A stretch of DNA of 64,000 nt from Lama glama (lineage: Eukaryota), in assembly GCA_028534125.1 (NCBI GenBank), contig CM052818.1, positions 22,632,001 through 22,696,000 of the forward strand. The letters are read 5' to 3'. The position numbers and the translations under genes are program-made. This document shows positions 11,237-25,190 of this stretch, piece by piece. Under the pieces are notes generated by a model. The model was not told the DNA's origin, did not search any database, and was given only the letters and a program-made list of their open reading frames with translations. The number at the start of each line of letters is the position of its first letter. Position 1 is the stretch's first letter.

Positions 11237-12164
11237 ATAACAGAGCCATCTTTTATGAGCGTAAAAGCCAAACATAAAATACCCAGACAGGCTGCAAAGT
11301 GCCTCATGCAAGATTAAAGCATTTTCAGAATTCCTAATTGCATGCTGAAGAAAGCTGAGGTGAGAACCAAAGTGTGTGTCTGACACTGTCTGGTCAGGCA
11401 GCTTGGACTGACACCCTAGATTAACACCGCATGGTCTGGTGCTATCAAAAACCGCTTCTCAAGAAGTGATAGGTTGTTGTTCATATACAACTTAATAATA
11501 TGCAAAATGTTCTATACTGGTTATGGATTCATACATATGCATTAATTGTATAAAATCATGCATTGGGACAAGAAACACCAAATGAGGGAAAGTGCAGATT
11601 TCTGAAATGGAGGCACATGGAAAGGGTGTTCCCAGGTGATTTCTACTATGTCTTAAGTTTATCTTTGTAAAAAAAAATCTGAAAAAATGAATATGAGTAA
11701 TATCTGAATGTTACGTAGCATTGCTCTGGATAGAGAATAAAGGAGTCAATGTAATGAAAAGTACAAAGAAATGCACCATGAGGACAACAGCGTCAAGTGC
11801 TCAAGAAAGCTCAGAGGATGACCAAAAGTCATGCTGAATTTGGCAATCGGGAGGTCCCTGGTGACTGTATCGACAGCAGACTCAGTGAGTGGCTGGGATG
11901 AGGCAGAATGGAAGCCATAAAGTACTATAATGGGTTAAGGAATTAATAAGATTTGAAGGCACAACTCTTCCCTCTTTCAAGAAATCTCCCAAGAGAGGGA
12001 GATGAGACCATAGCTTCCATGAAGCTAAGAAGAGGACAGATGTTTTTGTGCTTTGATTGTCCTGTTGTTTTGCTGACTGGGTGGACAATTTAAACACAGT
12101 GGTATGAGGAAAAGGGGAAGAGGGTGAAGATGCAGGAAGAGAAGAGAAGGAAAACGGAGCAGTA

Positions 12165-12305
12165 ACACTCTGCTAAGCACTTTACATGTACCAATTAATT
12201 TAGTCCTGCAAGGGAGGTACTATTATCCCATCTTATAGATGAAAAAAACTGAGGCACAGAGAGGTTGAGTGACTGGCCCAAGGTCATCCAGCTAGTAAGC
12301 AGCAG
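12165..12305 (-). mobile_element. MIR SINE
   Basis: agcactttacatg...ggtactattatcccatcttatagatgaaaaaaactgaggcacagagaggttgagtgactggcccaaggtca. Confidence 0.85.
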
Positions 12306-13941
12306 TCTGGTCTGGGTGAGGACACTCTACTGCAAGGCCTTAAGGAAGGTGGGGGGTGGGGAATGGATCCAGGGTGCCAGGAGGGTCCTCTAGCAGCCAA
12401 GGGGCACCGCCGTGGGCTGGTGGAAGGGCACTGTTACATACAGTAGGTCTTGGAGTTGGGGGAAAGACAGGTGAAGGGATCCTTAGAAGGCTCAGCTCTG
12501 AGGGGTGAGGGCTTCAGGAGGGACAAAGGATTGGAAGAGCCAGTCCTGGGAATAAACAAGCTCTGGAAGAACACATAAATGGCCCCCTGGCAAGCAGCCC
12601 AGAGAGGCCTGGTGAGTCGGGCACTCAGAGCTCTGAGAGGCCAACAGTCCCTGCAGGTTGAATGGCTTCCTCCAGCGACCCCCTGCAGTTCAGAAGCAAG
12701 ATCAGAACAACTGGAAGATAAAACTTATCCAGAAGAAACCTCTCAGGAAGTTTGATCATAAAAACCCAGTCCTGGTGATGGAAAGGATGGTACACCCTGA
12801 GAGATAGGGCACACGACACTTTACAGTGAGCTTCCAGAGAGACGGAGGTACTTGAGCCAGGATTAAAGGTATTAATAAAAAGATACTAAGAACCATCATG
12901 TCAGATTTCACTGGGGGTGGAGGAGTCTGCTGTGTTCCACCTCGAGGGCCCCTCTGCTTCCCCCAAACTTTCCCTGACCCCTAGTCCAGCCTGGCTGAGC
13001 CCCTTCTCCTGGAACGCCTACAAGTAACAGCACGGCTTTGCCTTAACTACAACCTTTCCTGTCATCCAGTAACCCACGCACATATGTCTTGCTTTTCTCA
13101 TGAAACCTGAAAGAAACTCAGTGTCTCTCTCTCTTTTTAAAAAACAATCTCTCATAAATCCCAGCAAACTAGGGTCATAAACATGGGCTGAAGGGGTCCC
13201 AAGTGAGCCTACAAGGGCCCCAGCACAGAAACTGAGACAGAGTTTACACTGAGTCAAACAAACTTGAATCAATAAAATACACAGCAGAGAACAATTTCTC
13301 CCCAGCGGGTTGCAGCACTCAGGGCCTGGGAAACAGTGGAGGATGCCAGGCACTAGAATCAGGCTCCCTACACATTTCAAATCACCTCAGACATGATCAC
13401 TTCTGACTTTCAGAGCTGTGGAGGGTGGGATGCAGAAAAGGGTGCTGGGCTTCATGCTGCACCCACGTCACTCGCACAGGAGCCTTTCTGTCAAACCCAC
13501 GGGTGGGGGCACTACCGCATGCTCCCTCAGTTCACCATCCTAGTAGCCAGGAACATGTCCCCACTCCCCTGGCTCTGGGGACAGCAGGCAAGAGTGGTTG
13601 ATGGCGAAAGTCTGCCTGTTGCTCCTCATACCTCCAGACCTCGGGGATACAGGGTCAAAAGCCACCTACTGGGGTGACCTGCCCTCATGAAACCTCCATG
13701 TCCTCAGGATGTGGCTTATGACACAGCAGAAGAAAGTGCAGACCTTGTGTCTGGAGAAAGGCCTCTGAGCATCTCCGTGTGGCCGGGGTAACATTAGACT
13801 AAACAGCCTGACCTCAGAGCTACATGGGGCAGGGGAAGGAGCACCTGACACTGGGGGCTGGGAGCATACCTGCACTGAGCCCTGCATCGGAGCCACTGTC
13901 CCAGTAAAGGACAGCATAAAACCAGGCAGGAGTTCCAGAAA

Positions 13942-13947
13942 TTTATT
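13942..13947 (-). terminator. Probable distal MTA3 polyadenylation signal (3' UTR about 3.6 kb)
   Basis: First AATAAA I found on the minus strand downstream of the terminal-exon stop; AT-rich patch within GC-rich flanks. Confidence 0.55.
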
Positions 13948-14329
13948 GGAAACACAATACAAATTGATTAGTAGATGGTGACTACTTACAGACAGATGGT
14001 CCACGCCGTAATACCACGCTTTGAATGAATTATCCTGGGGAAACACTCATGACCACTGATGCATGGTCTGGGTTGGTGTTCTCTGGCAGGGAAAGCCAGG
14101 GGTTGGGGGAAGAGGAATGGGGAGGGGTGGGCAGAAAACTGGGACACAGCTTTCCTGAGGGGAATGGTGAGGTGGGGCTGCTAAAGGGCTAAATTCCCCC
14201 AAAGGGAAACTTGGACAACTGTTAAGAATAAAGCTCCCCCACCCCAACCCGGCCAAAAGCACTTTCCTCTCTAGGCAGAGTGAAGGAGAATCCATAAAAA
14301 CTCAAGGGGGCAGCTCCTCCTCTTATCCT

Positions 14330-14906
14330 TACTGGGGTCATAGGACACCACGGGCATAAACACCAGACTTGGACATGACATAGACTGGACCGAGGCCATG
14401 CACATCTTGGGCCTGCTTACCCTCTGATCAGCCCCATGCCCTCCCCTGCTCTGCTCTGAGCGGTTGGGGTGGGGTGGAGGGGCTGACTGCTGCAGGTTGC
14501 CTGTCCCAGGCTCCCAGGCCTGCAGGCTTCCAGCTCAGTTTAGCTAACGAGGCACCTGCAGAAATCTGGAGGGCATGAGGAAGGGAGAAGCCAGGCTATT
14601 TCTCCTCACTCTGCCCAGGGGAATATTTCTGGCAGGGGACCATGCCTCCTCGTAGCTCCAGCTCCCACCAGATAGGTCCTCTGTGGTCCCAGGCCCTGCC
14701 CAGTGGCCCTGGTCCCCCAGGATCTGGTAACATGTCCTGTCCCATGTCCCAACAGCTGTTGCTCCCCATCTCCAGGCTGCCCTTCATGCCCCCGTTTGGC
14801 ATCTCAACTCTTCTTGTTTCTGTGTTAAACAATTCCCTGGATTAAAAACTCCTGTGTTTTAAATATATAGACTGGTTCTGTTTTCCTGATTGGACGCTGA
14901 CTGACA
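14330..14906 (+). mobile_element. Old ERVL-class solo LTR (inside the inferred MTA3 long 3' UTR)
   Basis: 3' end attaaaaactcctgtg...ctggttctgttttcctgattggacgctgactgaca resembles ERVL-class LTR termini; 5' boundary uncertain. Confidence 0.45.
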
Positions 14907-17504
14907 GAAGCTGGACTGTGGACAAGGTAGAATTGTGAGAGGCGTGCTGAAAAAGCCAGTGTGTCCTCCTCCCTTGCACCACCTCTAGGAAATCAGGGAT
15001 GTGTGGGTGATGATGGAGAAGGAGAGGGAAGATGACTTGCAGGCATCTGTGTCCTCATCCAAGAGAGCACAGACCAGGCTCAGCACAGCACCACTGGGCA
15101 TGTGTGCTTCGGGCCATGCAGACAGGCTCTGCGTGTCACCTAGCAAGCTCACTGCTCACAGCGGTGACACTCCACTGACACCCACGATGGTGATCCCGTA
15201 GCCCCCAGAAAGGAGGTGGCTGGGAAATCCTCTTAGCGCCAACTGCTCAGAAAACAAAGGCAAGTATCAGAGGCTCCTTGGCGCCCTTCCTCCATTCCCT
15301 GGAGGTTCAGGCTGGGGCACTTCCCAGAGATGAAGTGAGAGCGTAAAATCTTAATCAACATCCTCTCCGTAGGGGGACGGGGCTGCAGACACAGGAGCTT
15401 TGACTACAAGGTGAAGGAGAGCTGCCTTGGTACATGTGGCTCAAAATGAGCCCACTTGTCCCACAGCCAAATTTGAACTGTATCTAGGCTGGGCCTCCCT
15501 GTTCTCCCCTCAGCCCCGGCCTGGCCCTGGTCTCCAAATCTCCTGGCCTGGGTCAGGAGGGCGTCCCCTAAAATGTAGGCAGCAGAGTCACGGGTGGCTA
15601 ATTGTTTCTATGACCACCAGTCACCTTTGCACGTGGGTCAGGAGAGGAAAGCGAAAGGGTGAGGGAACATTCCACCTACGTCTGTGTGCACAACAGATCC
15701 AGGGCAGGGCCCAGGGAGACAGCTTGGCTGCGTGGCATGTGGCGTATCACGTGAGAGCCAGCTGCCCCATCTCCCTGGGTTTTTTCTACAGGGGCCCCTG
15801 AGGGCAGTGCCTGCCACGCGGCCCGGCTCACTGAGCACCTCTGACACAGGCCCACCATGGGGCCCTAAGCCAAGACCCAGAACAGCTCCAAGAGTTGGCA
15901 GTGGTGACAACATCCCTGGGATCACCCTGCAAAAGCCTAAGACGAGAACCAACCCCTCTTGAGAGGAGAAGCCACGATGACTGCAACACTGGAAAAGAAA
16001 AAGGCAGTTCAAGCCACGAGCGTCACCTTCAGCCATCACACATCACATCCTCTCTGCTAAGCTGAACCCCGCCTCCGAGGACCTAGACATCTTGAGTGTC
16101 ATTGCCATTTTAGGAGTACCTCCCTCTGTCTGGGGTGGAGGGGCAGTCAACTCAGTTGGAGCCACTCTGTTTTGCAACCACCTAGCCATCTGGGGCATCT
16201 AGTATAGCCACCCAGCTGCCTCCCAGCTGCAGACCCCAGGGACAGCTGGGAGGCCAGACTTCAATTACCTTTCATGCTGCTGTGAACCTGTGCCCCGCAG
16301 CCTGTCCCTGCAAACAGAGGCAGAGGAGTGGCCAGACTCACATCTGCTCGGGGAGCCAGTGGGGCACTAAGTCATTCCTATCCCTGCTGTGTGCACGGAG
16401 TGCAGAGCAGCCAGCCTGTGATGCCTGCACAAGGGCCGGAGCTGAGGGCAGACAGGAAGCACCCGGGCTGGCAGAAACCGGGTGCAGGCAGGTCTCCCGG
16501 GGCCCAGGCACATGTGCTCACAGAAACATTTGGGCTGGAAGGGTGGGAGGGGGCTCATGGTGTCATACACACAGACTCACCTGCAGACACAGTTCTCCCA
16601 CTTCACCCTTCTAAGCCAAACAGACTCCATCTGCTTAACATCAACCTGGTGGATGAGACTCGGAGAAGGACCAGTCTGGCTGCAGCTCCTCATCAGCTGG
16701 CTTGGCTGCGAAGGAACAGGGCGGTACCCAGTGGCTGGTCGCAGTGATATACACACTCGATCCAGCTTCACACCTGCTCTTGCTGGAGCTGTCTGGGACC
16801 AAGCAGAACCCCAGTCTCTCTCCAACGACACAATACAGATGATACGAAGAGTTCACAAGCTTACCAAAGACAATTTTCTTATCTTTTGTCAGAACCATAG
16901 GTCATTCTGTACCTTGGTGGGGTGGAGGTAGGGGGTCAAATACAGGATGCAGAGGGAGAAGGACAAAATTTCCCCATTAAAAAAAATAAGTGTGAAGTCT
17001 ATTGAGGAAAAGCCAAGTGACAGTAACAGCAAGGACAAGGGAGTATCATTAACTGCATAAACACTGGCACATGTCTTAAGAAAAATCCATTCAGAAGGAT
17101 GCCATGTCCCTTCTGTACACACTCACACAGCTGACATGTGACAGAGCTGAGCACACAGCAGCCCCACTGCCCCAGGAGCTATGGTGCCTGGGTGCAGAGC
17201 TCAGGAGGAGAGGGGACACGCAGTGGCTCCCCTACCCCCTCGACTCCCCAGGCAGGTCCCGCTCTGGGGCATCGAGGTCTCCGAGAGGAAAGCGAGGGGA
17301 CACTGATTCACACATGGAGACGCAGCTTTGGGGACGTGCACTCCCACCATTTCTTTCCTTGCCCCATCAAGTCTCCGTGGGGTGCACGCAGAGGTCTCCC
17401 ACTGAAATGGACTGGGGATGGGGTTGCCTCCTTCCCAGGCATGGCTGTGAACATCAGCAGGACAGTGTAGCAAGTCTTGGATTATAGGATTAAATAGGGA
17501 CAGC

Positions 17505-17530
17505 TCAGTCTGACACGCAGCATGTGAGTT
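17505..17530 (-). CDS. MTA3: MTA3 terminal exon, coding part (exon 17 equivalent)
   Basis: Strong acceptor ctgtttctttccttttccag|AA; encodes (E)LTCCVSD*, the recalled human long-isoform C-terminus; phase matches the exon 16 donor. Confidence 0.92.
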
Positions 17531-20500
17531 CTGGAAAAGGAAAGAAACAGCGTTGAAGTTAAACAAGTTCCGATGGTGAAGGCAAGGTGAGAGGAAGGAT
17601 GCAATCTACTAGCCCACCACCACCATCACAACCTTGAAGGAAAGGAGGTTGGGCACTAATTCAAATAAAAGCTTGCAACGTAGTTTGAGGCTGGACCAAA
17701 GGAAAGTTTAATTGAGGCCAAGAAAATACATGAATGACACTGAAGTCTCTTAAAAGCTGGGATTTGGATGGGCAGGTTTAGCAGTCACTGGCAAGGGACC
17801 ACAACATACCAGGCAAGTGCTTCCACGCTTATCAGAGCAACATCATGGAACTTTCCTGTCCGGATGCTAAGGAATGCAGAACACAACTGGCCTGGAGAAG
17901 GCACACCCCGGTCTGAGGTCACCATAATGAATCATAATGATGTGGGCACTCAGAGGCTAGGCACACATTTTTCTGTAGGAGTGGAGTGACCTCAAATACC
18001 CACAGTGTCACAGTGTCACAGTGCCCCTCATGCCCACCCACTCCACCTCCCCCCAAACCTTTACCTCTCCCTGACCCAGAGCTGGGCACCTGCAGATTCT
18101 CGGTAGAAACAAGTAAATGAGAAAGGAGAAGTGGTTGGCAAATAACACTGTCACCATCTGATATTACACAGCAGGTTGTGAAAACTTGTGCTTGGTCATT
18201 AGGAAAGTGGCTAGGAGGGAAGTGGAGGGTGTCTGCTGATATGGGACCAGGTGCTCGGGCCAAGGCAGCCCTCAGGTCCTCTCTCCCATCACGCACGCCA
18301 CTCCACAGCCAAGAGAGGCACAGGGACGCTCACCTTCACAGCCTCCCGCCATCCTGAGGAAGGTCTGCAGGATAGAGCAGAGCTGCGGCTTCACTTCATG
18401 AGCCTTTCTAGAATAGGGGAGATACATGCACACAGCCTGGTATTTGACAGGGCAAATATGTGTTAAATTAAAACCCAGATAATTCAGTTTAGGACTAGGC
18501 TAACTTTTGCTTTATTGATAGGTTATGGAACTGCCTCATTTAACTTTCATCAGAACCTTGTGAGGGTCAGAAAGGTTAGGGACTTGCTCAAGGTGAGTAG
18601 GTGGTGAGCTGAGGAATCAGAATTTGAACCCAGATCTTCTTCCTTCAGGTAAAGGTTTTCCTACTACTCCGAGCCTGCCCCATTCTCCATCCATCCCAGT
18701 AACAGCATACTGTCCTCTTCAGTGTCTAAATTAAGGCTTCTGTGTCTGTCAGTATTTCTAGTATCTCTCAGATGCCTTTTTGTGTGTGTGTGTGTTGGGG
18801 GGGCTCCTCTGTCATTCATTTGTCCAACCCCATATGGAATTACGCCATCTGCCAAAGAGTCACTTGTAATAGTTTCCCAAGTTTCTGACCTGCCACAGTA
18901 AACTGCGCTTTCTTCTATTTGTGCTAAACTTACCTGCTCTGGGTTCAAAAGCAACCCTCTCCTCCCAGCAGCTCAGGATCTGGCGTCCAGGTTCACACCT
19001 GCCTTCTCCACACTGGCCATGGTGTTAAGTGGAGCTATGTCAGCTCTCTGCATTCCGGGCTGAAGAATCCCAGTGCTTACTTCCTGCCCTGGCACCACCT
19101 CCACTCTCCACTGCTCGTCCTCAGCTCTGCTGCATCTTTTTGCAGCAAGGAACCCAAAGCCACACTGAAGGGCCCCCAGCATGGCAGAGGGCCCCAGGAA
19201 AAGACCTGTGCCCATTCTTAGGTCTCCTTCCTAAATAACATAGCCCAAATCATTTCCCTTTATGCTTATAAATTCTCAAATGTATCCATCTACATTTGCT
19301 GCTTTTGTCTATACTAATCCTGATCCATAAGCATTTATAGATATATATGTATATATATTTTCTTTTTAAACAAAATTTTCCCTTTTGGTTTGACTACTCA
19401 GAAGTATTTCAAAGTCCATGGACTTGGAGATTCTGGACGCAGTGAAAACCAAAATTTTTAAGTTTCTCGCTACTGGTTTCTGAGTGATTCCCCTCCCTCC
19501 TAAAACCCAGGGAAAAACCACCATCAGGATTTTGGAGCCTGGAAAGCAGTTAAACAAGTAATAACAGACTATATACTCAAGAAAGCCAAATCTATTAAAA
19601 AAAAAACTATACTTCAATTTAAAAAAATACAGGGAGTAACAAAATAAAAAGCATCATTTCAAAGTGATACAAATGGTCAAAAAGACATAAAAATTCTAAC
19701 TACATATAAGCCCAACAACAGAATTTCAAAATTACATGAAGTTAAACTTCACGGACTAAAGGGAGAAATCATACAAATGTGGTTGGAATACAAAGTTGAG
19801 AATGTCTCCCAAACAGCAGAGTAAAAAGACACAGAGAAAGAAAACAGGAGAAACAAGAAAATTAAAAGAGCAATGCAGGAGGTCCAATAGCCAATATCTC
19901 GGTCCTTTCTTCTGCTGACTGGCCCCAGGTGCCTTGAATATAATTAGCCCTATTTCCCCAGGACTCACTGTCCCAGAGGGGTCGTGCATGAAGCTGCAAT
20001 CAGACCAGCGTGGAAAGTCTTCGCGCATAGTTTCCTTCAGAAGCTCCACCTAACAAAGTTGCCTTCAAGCTTGCTCCTCAATTTTACATTAATTACTTTT
20101 CATATTCATGGATATGTAAACAGTCACTGATAAAAATAAGTATTTGGTTGAGGGAGGAAAATACATAGATTATAACTCAGATGTTTTCTGAGCTTAAAGA
20201 GTGCTCAGTCATCTGGAAGGGAAAACAGGAAACATTGAATTAAAATAACGAGCTAGGCTGGGAAGCTTAAAAATTAACCCAGCGGGAGTCTCCAGATCAA
20301 CGAGGCTGTGACAAATCCTTCCATTTCCATTGCCCTGGGGCTCTGCAGATTCAGAAGCCTTCTCCTCACTTCCTCACTGGGACCCAGCGAGACTGCACAG
20401 GAGGATGACTGGCTCTGTTGGTTTCTGGACCTGGTCTTTACTTCCCTGGGGCATCGAGATCTAGTACTGATGTCCCAGTGGCTTCCTCAGATATAGGCCT

Positions 20501-23039
20501 GCACTTTGGATGAGTGAGTCAAACCTTGGCTAAGAAAGAGCTGTTTCTCAGGGATACAGTTCCCTCCCTTTGCTGTCCTTCTCCCTATCCTTCCTCAAGC
20601 ATCTACCCTCCCCCTAAAAACCCTGGGACCCAGCTCTCAAGTCAGAGGCTCACCTTCTCCGACATGCAGCCTCTACGTGTCACCGAGAGTAGGCGTGCGT
20701 AGGAAGCGGCTGGTTGGAAGGGCTTCCTGTAATGGCCCTTGCAGGTAAACAGACACTTAACTGAGGAGGCCAGGGCTGGCTCTCACAGTTGAGGAGACTT
20801 GAGTAACCACCCTGGACTTTAGTCACTCTTCTAATACCTCCATACTGCTGAGAGGGTCTCAGATCTAGACCTCTTACAAGTTCACACACTCGCATTTTCC
20901 TCGGGGACAAGGACAAAAGTATTCTCTGGGAGAAACTGTGATACTTATTAATAAAACCCACTGTGGTCCCAGGGGTGGTCAATGCGGCATCCTTCCAGAA
21001 TATGCCAAAACCCCAAGTTATTGACTATTCATGCCTAATGCACTCGGGTCTGTCTTCCTCTACAAGCCCCACCCTATGGCTTCGCAGTGTGAGAGGACCT
21101 CCCCTGCCCTCAGGTAATACTTCAGCAGTCCACAAACTCTCCAGATACATGAGGCAATTTCCTATAACTGCTTCACATTCAATAAACTCTCGGGCCATAA
21201 TGATCCATTATAAAAACTGAAAAGAAAAAAAAAAACTAGAAAGCATTTAGATATATTTAAGCGGGTTATCACATTACACCTTGAGACAAGGAGACCGGAG
21301 GTGAGTCTAGGGGCACTCAATGTTCTTCCATTAAAAGTGTTTTAGAAGATTCGAAAAAAAAAATCATGGTCTTTTAAAGTGACATAAAAATTTTGACAGA
21401 AGGCAGCCTGGGCCTCAGCAGGCCTGGCAGTGCCATCAGCTGCTCCTGGCAATCTATTTTTACTGGGATTTGTGAAGACAACAGATGCATTCCCAGAGCT
21501 CTCTCACTGGTACAATGGCCCTCACCACCACCCATTTCTCGGGGTTGGATGCAAACAGTGGGAGCTGTTGAATCATTGATTTCAGAAACAAGTCATCAAA
21601 AGGACAGCCTTCACACCTCAGATCATAATATTATACTAAGAGGCATCCACATCAGACATCCTTTTCATGGTATAACGACACTGAGAAATGATATTACTCA
21701 GTGCAGAAAACAAATAAGAAAAATAACTAGATCTACAGTGTACTCACGTAACCCCAGGGGAAATAAACCAGAGGAGAGCAGATTAAAAAGAGGTTTATAG
21801 TACAATTTATCAACCTCCTTGGCTCAGATGCCCTAACTCTGTCCTACGGAAAATTCACCTCTCTTCTGAGCCCATTGCTTTGGTTTTCCTGACACACTGA
21901 GGCCTGCTTCCATAGCACCCCTGGAACAAAAGCCGCGCACCTCAGAGGAAGGCCAAGAGCACTTCCAGTCGATGCTCCCTTGGTCTGTATCACTACACAG
22001 CAGGAGCTGTCCTCAAAGGTCCCCCATTTGATAAAGATGGAGACAGAGTTGGAAGTCCCCTTGTCCCTCTGCAGTGGAATTGGGAGATCTGCTGACTGAC
22101 TAAAATCAAGCATCTGACACTGAGGGGATCCCAGGGCACCTCCTTACGGAGCCAGGAGAGGATGGGAGATGCTTAAACAGCCCATCTGCTCCTCCCCTCT
22201 CTGGAGTCTCTTCTGACTCAGCCTTCACTCTGAAAGAGATTTCACTGTCAGGATCATGAAGTTCCATCCCCTTTGCTGCAGGGCCTCTAATTACAGGAAC
22301 CTACAGGAAGCTAAATGAGCACTCTTTATAAAACTAATTTTGTTTTTAATACTCGTTGAAATGACTTAAACGAGGGAAATTTCATTTATAGACACTGGGC
22401 CCTTCTAATGTGCAACTATACCTTGAAACATACCCATTTACCTTCGAGCATTTGCGTGATTTTTGAGTGATTTTTTTAGAGATCATTTCTTTAGGTAAGA
22501 AAGAAATGTAGTTATAGGGAAAGTATTGGCATTTTATTTATATGCAATTCACATATAACTACAAAAACTTTGGCTGATATCTTAACAATTTTCAAAATAC
22601 AACTTTAATAATAGCTTTTCTTTAAAAGAAGGGATGGAATTTTAACACTTAATGAACACCTATGTGTCAGAGTCAACGCTGGGACTATCACATAATTTAA
22701 CTTAAACACATTTCACCTTTAGGTGATTCTGTGATTTTTCTCTTTTTTCTCCCCTCTCTCTGACTAATATAGCTCCTGTGCCCCCAAGTTCCAGAACAAG
22801 AAAGTGGTATGATATTGGCAGAGGAGCTTCACAGAGGCAGGAGGTGGAGGCGACAGCTTTGATTAGACAATAATGGCTTATACTTCATGGATGGAGCAAA
22901 GAAAATTTACCTCTACATTACTCTCTAAGTGTACAAACACAAGCACATCTCTGACACAAAGAAAACAGAAACACCTCCCATGTACACGCTGCACTCAACA
23001 CACAAATCTGGGGTCCTTATTAATCTAGATTTGTATTGT

Positions 23040-23180
23040 AAGTCTCATCTCTGCTACTTGCTAGCAGTGTGACTTTGGGCAAATCCCCTCACCTCTTTGA
23101 GCTTCGGCTTTTTTCACTATTAAAATTCAGGTTATAACATCTACCTCATAAGGTGTTTGGAAGATCAAGTGATACAGAGT
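23040..23180 (+). mobile_element. MIR SINE
   Basis: ctctgctacttgctagcagtgtgactttgggcaaatcccctcacctctttgagcttcgg...ctacctcataagg. Confidence 0.8.
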
Positions 23181-24434
23181 TGGTGAAAATTTTTAATCAT
23201 TATAGCAACTCTGTTAAGGCAAATGAAATCTGTACTTTATAGAGGAGGAAAAAAACAAACAAATAAGCAATTCACCCAAAACCACACAGGAAATAATCAG
23301 AGAAGTCAGCAAGTAATCCCATCTGACTCCAAACACTCAGATGTTCTTTTTTCCATGGCACAAATCCCATCTCCCCTGCTGCCGCCTCTTTTGGGCTCTC
23401 AGATATGGAAAGTAACACCTCTTGTATCCCAACTGATCTCAGGGCCTTCTCTCCTCATAGTCACTTGGAGTAAACCAAGTCAGCCAAATGTGGTAGGTTC
23501 TTGGTTTGCTGGCAATAAGAATGTCATCAAAGTATGTGTAAGTCAGAGAAGGAGACAGAATTTGGAAAGCACCACGATGGCATGGGGCACCGCACGGGAC
23601 CAACAGCCTGATGGGAGAGACTGAAGTGCAGGGGGGCTGACAGACCTGGGTTGGTCTACATTTTGAAACTTCAGTCTTCTATCACTACTGACTCCAAATA
23701 ATGAGGCTTCTTATTTATGCAGATTTCCTTTTCATCCTTGGAATGTAAGTTCCTTTAGGACAGTCGACAGTGGTCTGTGTGTGGCTAGGTGCCATGGTTT
23801 AAGAGGACACAGAGGCCTGACTCCCAGTCACATCAGGGCCTTTACAGGGCCAGGGCCAGGTGAAGGACAGTGACTTTCAGAAGGTAATACGAAGCTGTCC
23901 ACTGTTTTTTGTTTGTATATGTGTGTGTGTTTAAGTGTCAGGTAAAATCCTTTCTACTAGCAGAAATTCAGAAACCCTTTTCTCATCGTCAAGAACCTCC
24001 AACTGAAAATGGAGGGTAAGTGAAGGGGGTAGGGCTCTGAGAAAGGGACAGGAGGCCCTAAAGCTGAGAGACCTGGATATTTCAATACAATCAGGTTTTG
24101 TTTCCACTTGAATTAGTTCTGCCCATCAACATCCTGTGTGGTGCACTCATCTGTCTGACATGCTCATAATACCATAGCAGTGCTAACTGCTATGTATTAT
24201 TGGATCACACAGGGCAAAGCCTTCCCATGAATTTGTATCTATCAATTCCAATATTTAATGGTATTAACTCTCCCATGAAAACTTACTATTAGCCTAAAGT
24301 TTTCTGTAGTACTTGAGTTCACCTTGGAAACCCAGGTTAGTTAGGATCCTATATCCTGAGGAAATAATAAACAGACCAGTTATCCCAAGGAAAAGGTCCA
24401 CTGAGAATACAAAAATGGAGACATTTTCTAAAGT

Positions 24435-24928
24435 GTGTGTTTCTGTTACACTCCTGCCCCTCAGCTCCACATCCATTCAGCTAAACTCAGCTTTGTGATG
24501 CTGGGTGGGGCTGGGACTCTCTGCCATCCATCCAGCTCCCTGTTACACCAGTAGGGGGTGCTAGAAGGCACCTGGGAGGCTGGAGGAGTTGGTTTCAGTT
24601 CCCAGCTTTACTTCACACCCCCGGAAGCAGCCTCATCACACCTCCTGAGAGATGCCAGCACCGACAGAGCAGCCCTTTCCTCAAGGGTCTGAGACCCAGC
24701 TCCCTGGGGCCCCTCCTTGAGCTTCTAGCTGTGATTACCCCGACTTCTTCCTTTTGGTCTTCCAGCTCTAGGGATGGTGGTTGCTTCTGTCCGTCTCCCT
24801 CTCCCCCTGCCCCAGGCCCATTTCCCCTGTTTACTTATTCTGTCCTCCAATACCTGTCACATTGACTTCTTATATCAAATGAGCTGTTAAAATAACTTAT
24901 GTAGTTTCTACTTTGCTGACTAATACAG
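24435..24928 (+). mobile_element. Old ERVL-class solo LTR
   Basis: Ends tcaaatgagctgttaaaataacttatgtagtttctactttgctgactaataca, a typical ERVL-class LTR end. Confidence 0.5.
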
Positions 24929-24957
24929 TGCATTTGAGAGCCACAATCTCATTTATA

Positions 24958-25190
24958 ACAGTGGTTAAAAAAGCAGAGCCTGAAATCAGTCACACCTGAA
25001 TGGGAGTCCCAACCCATTTATATGGTATCTGGTAACTTGGGAACATTTAATTCACCTCTCTAGGTCTCATTTTTCTCAATCACTTTCACGTATTCAACAT
25101 TTATTGCGCATCTACCCAGTTCCAAGCACTATACTGGGCAGTAGAGATACAGTGTTCTGCAAAACAGTTAAACTCCCTGCCCTGGAACCT
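24958..25190. mobile_element. MIR fragment (+) followed by an L2 3' fragment (-)
   Basis: acagtggttaaaaaagcagagcctgaaatcag...cctctctaggtctcattttt; then attcaacatttattgcgcatctac...ccctgccctgg. Confidence 0.65.
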
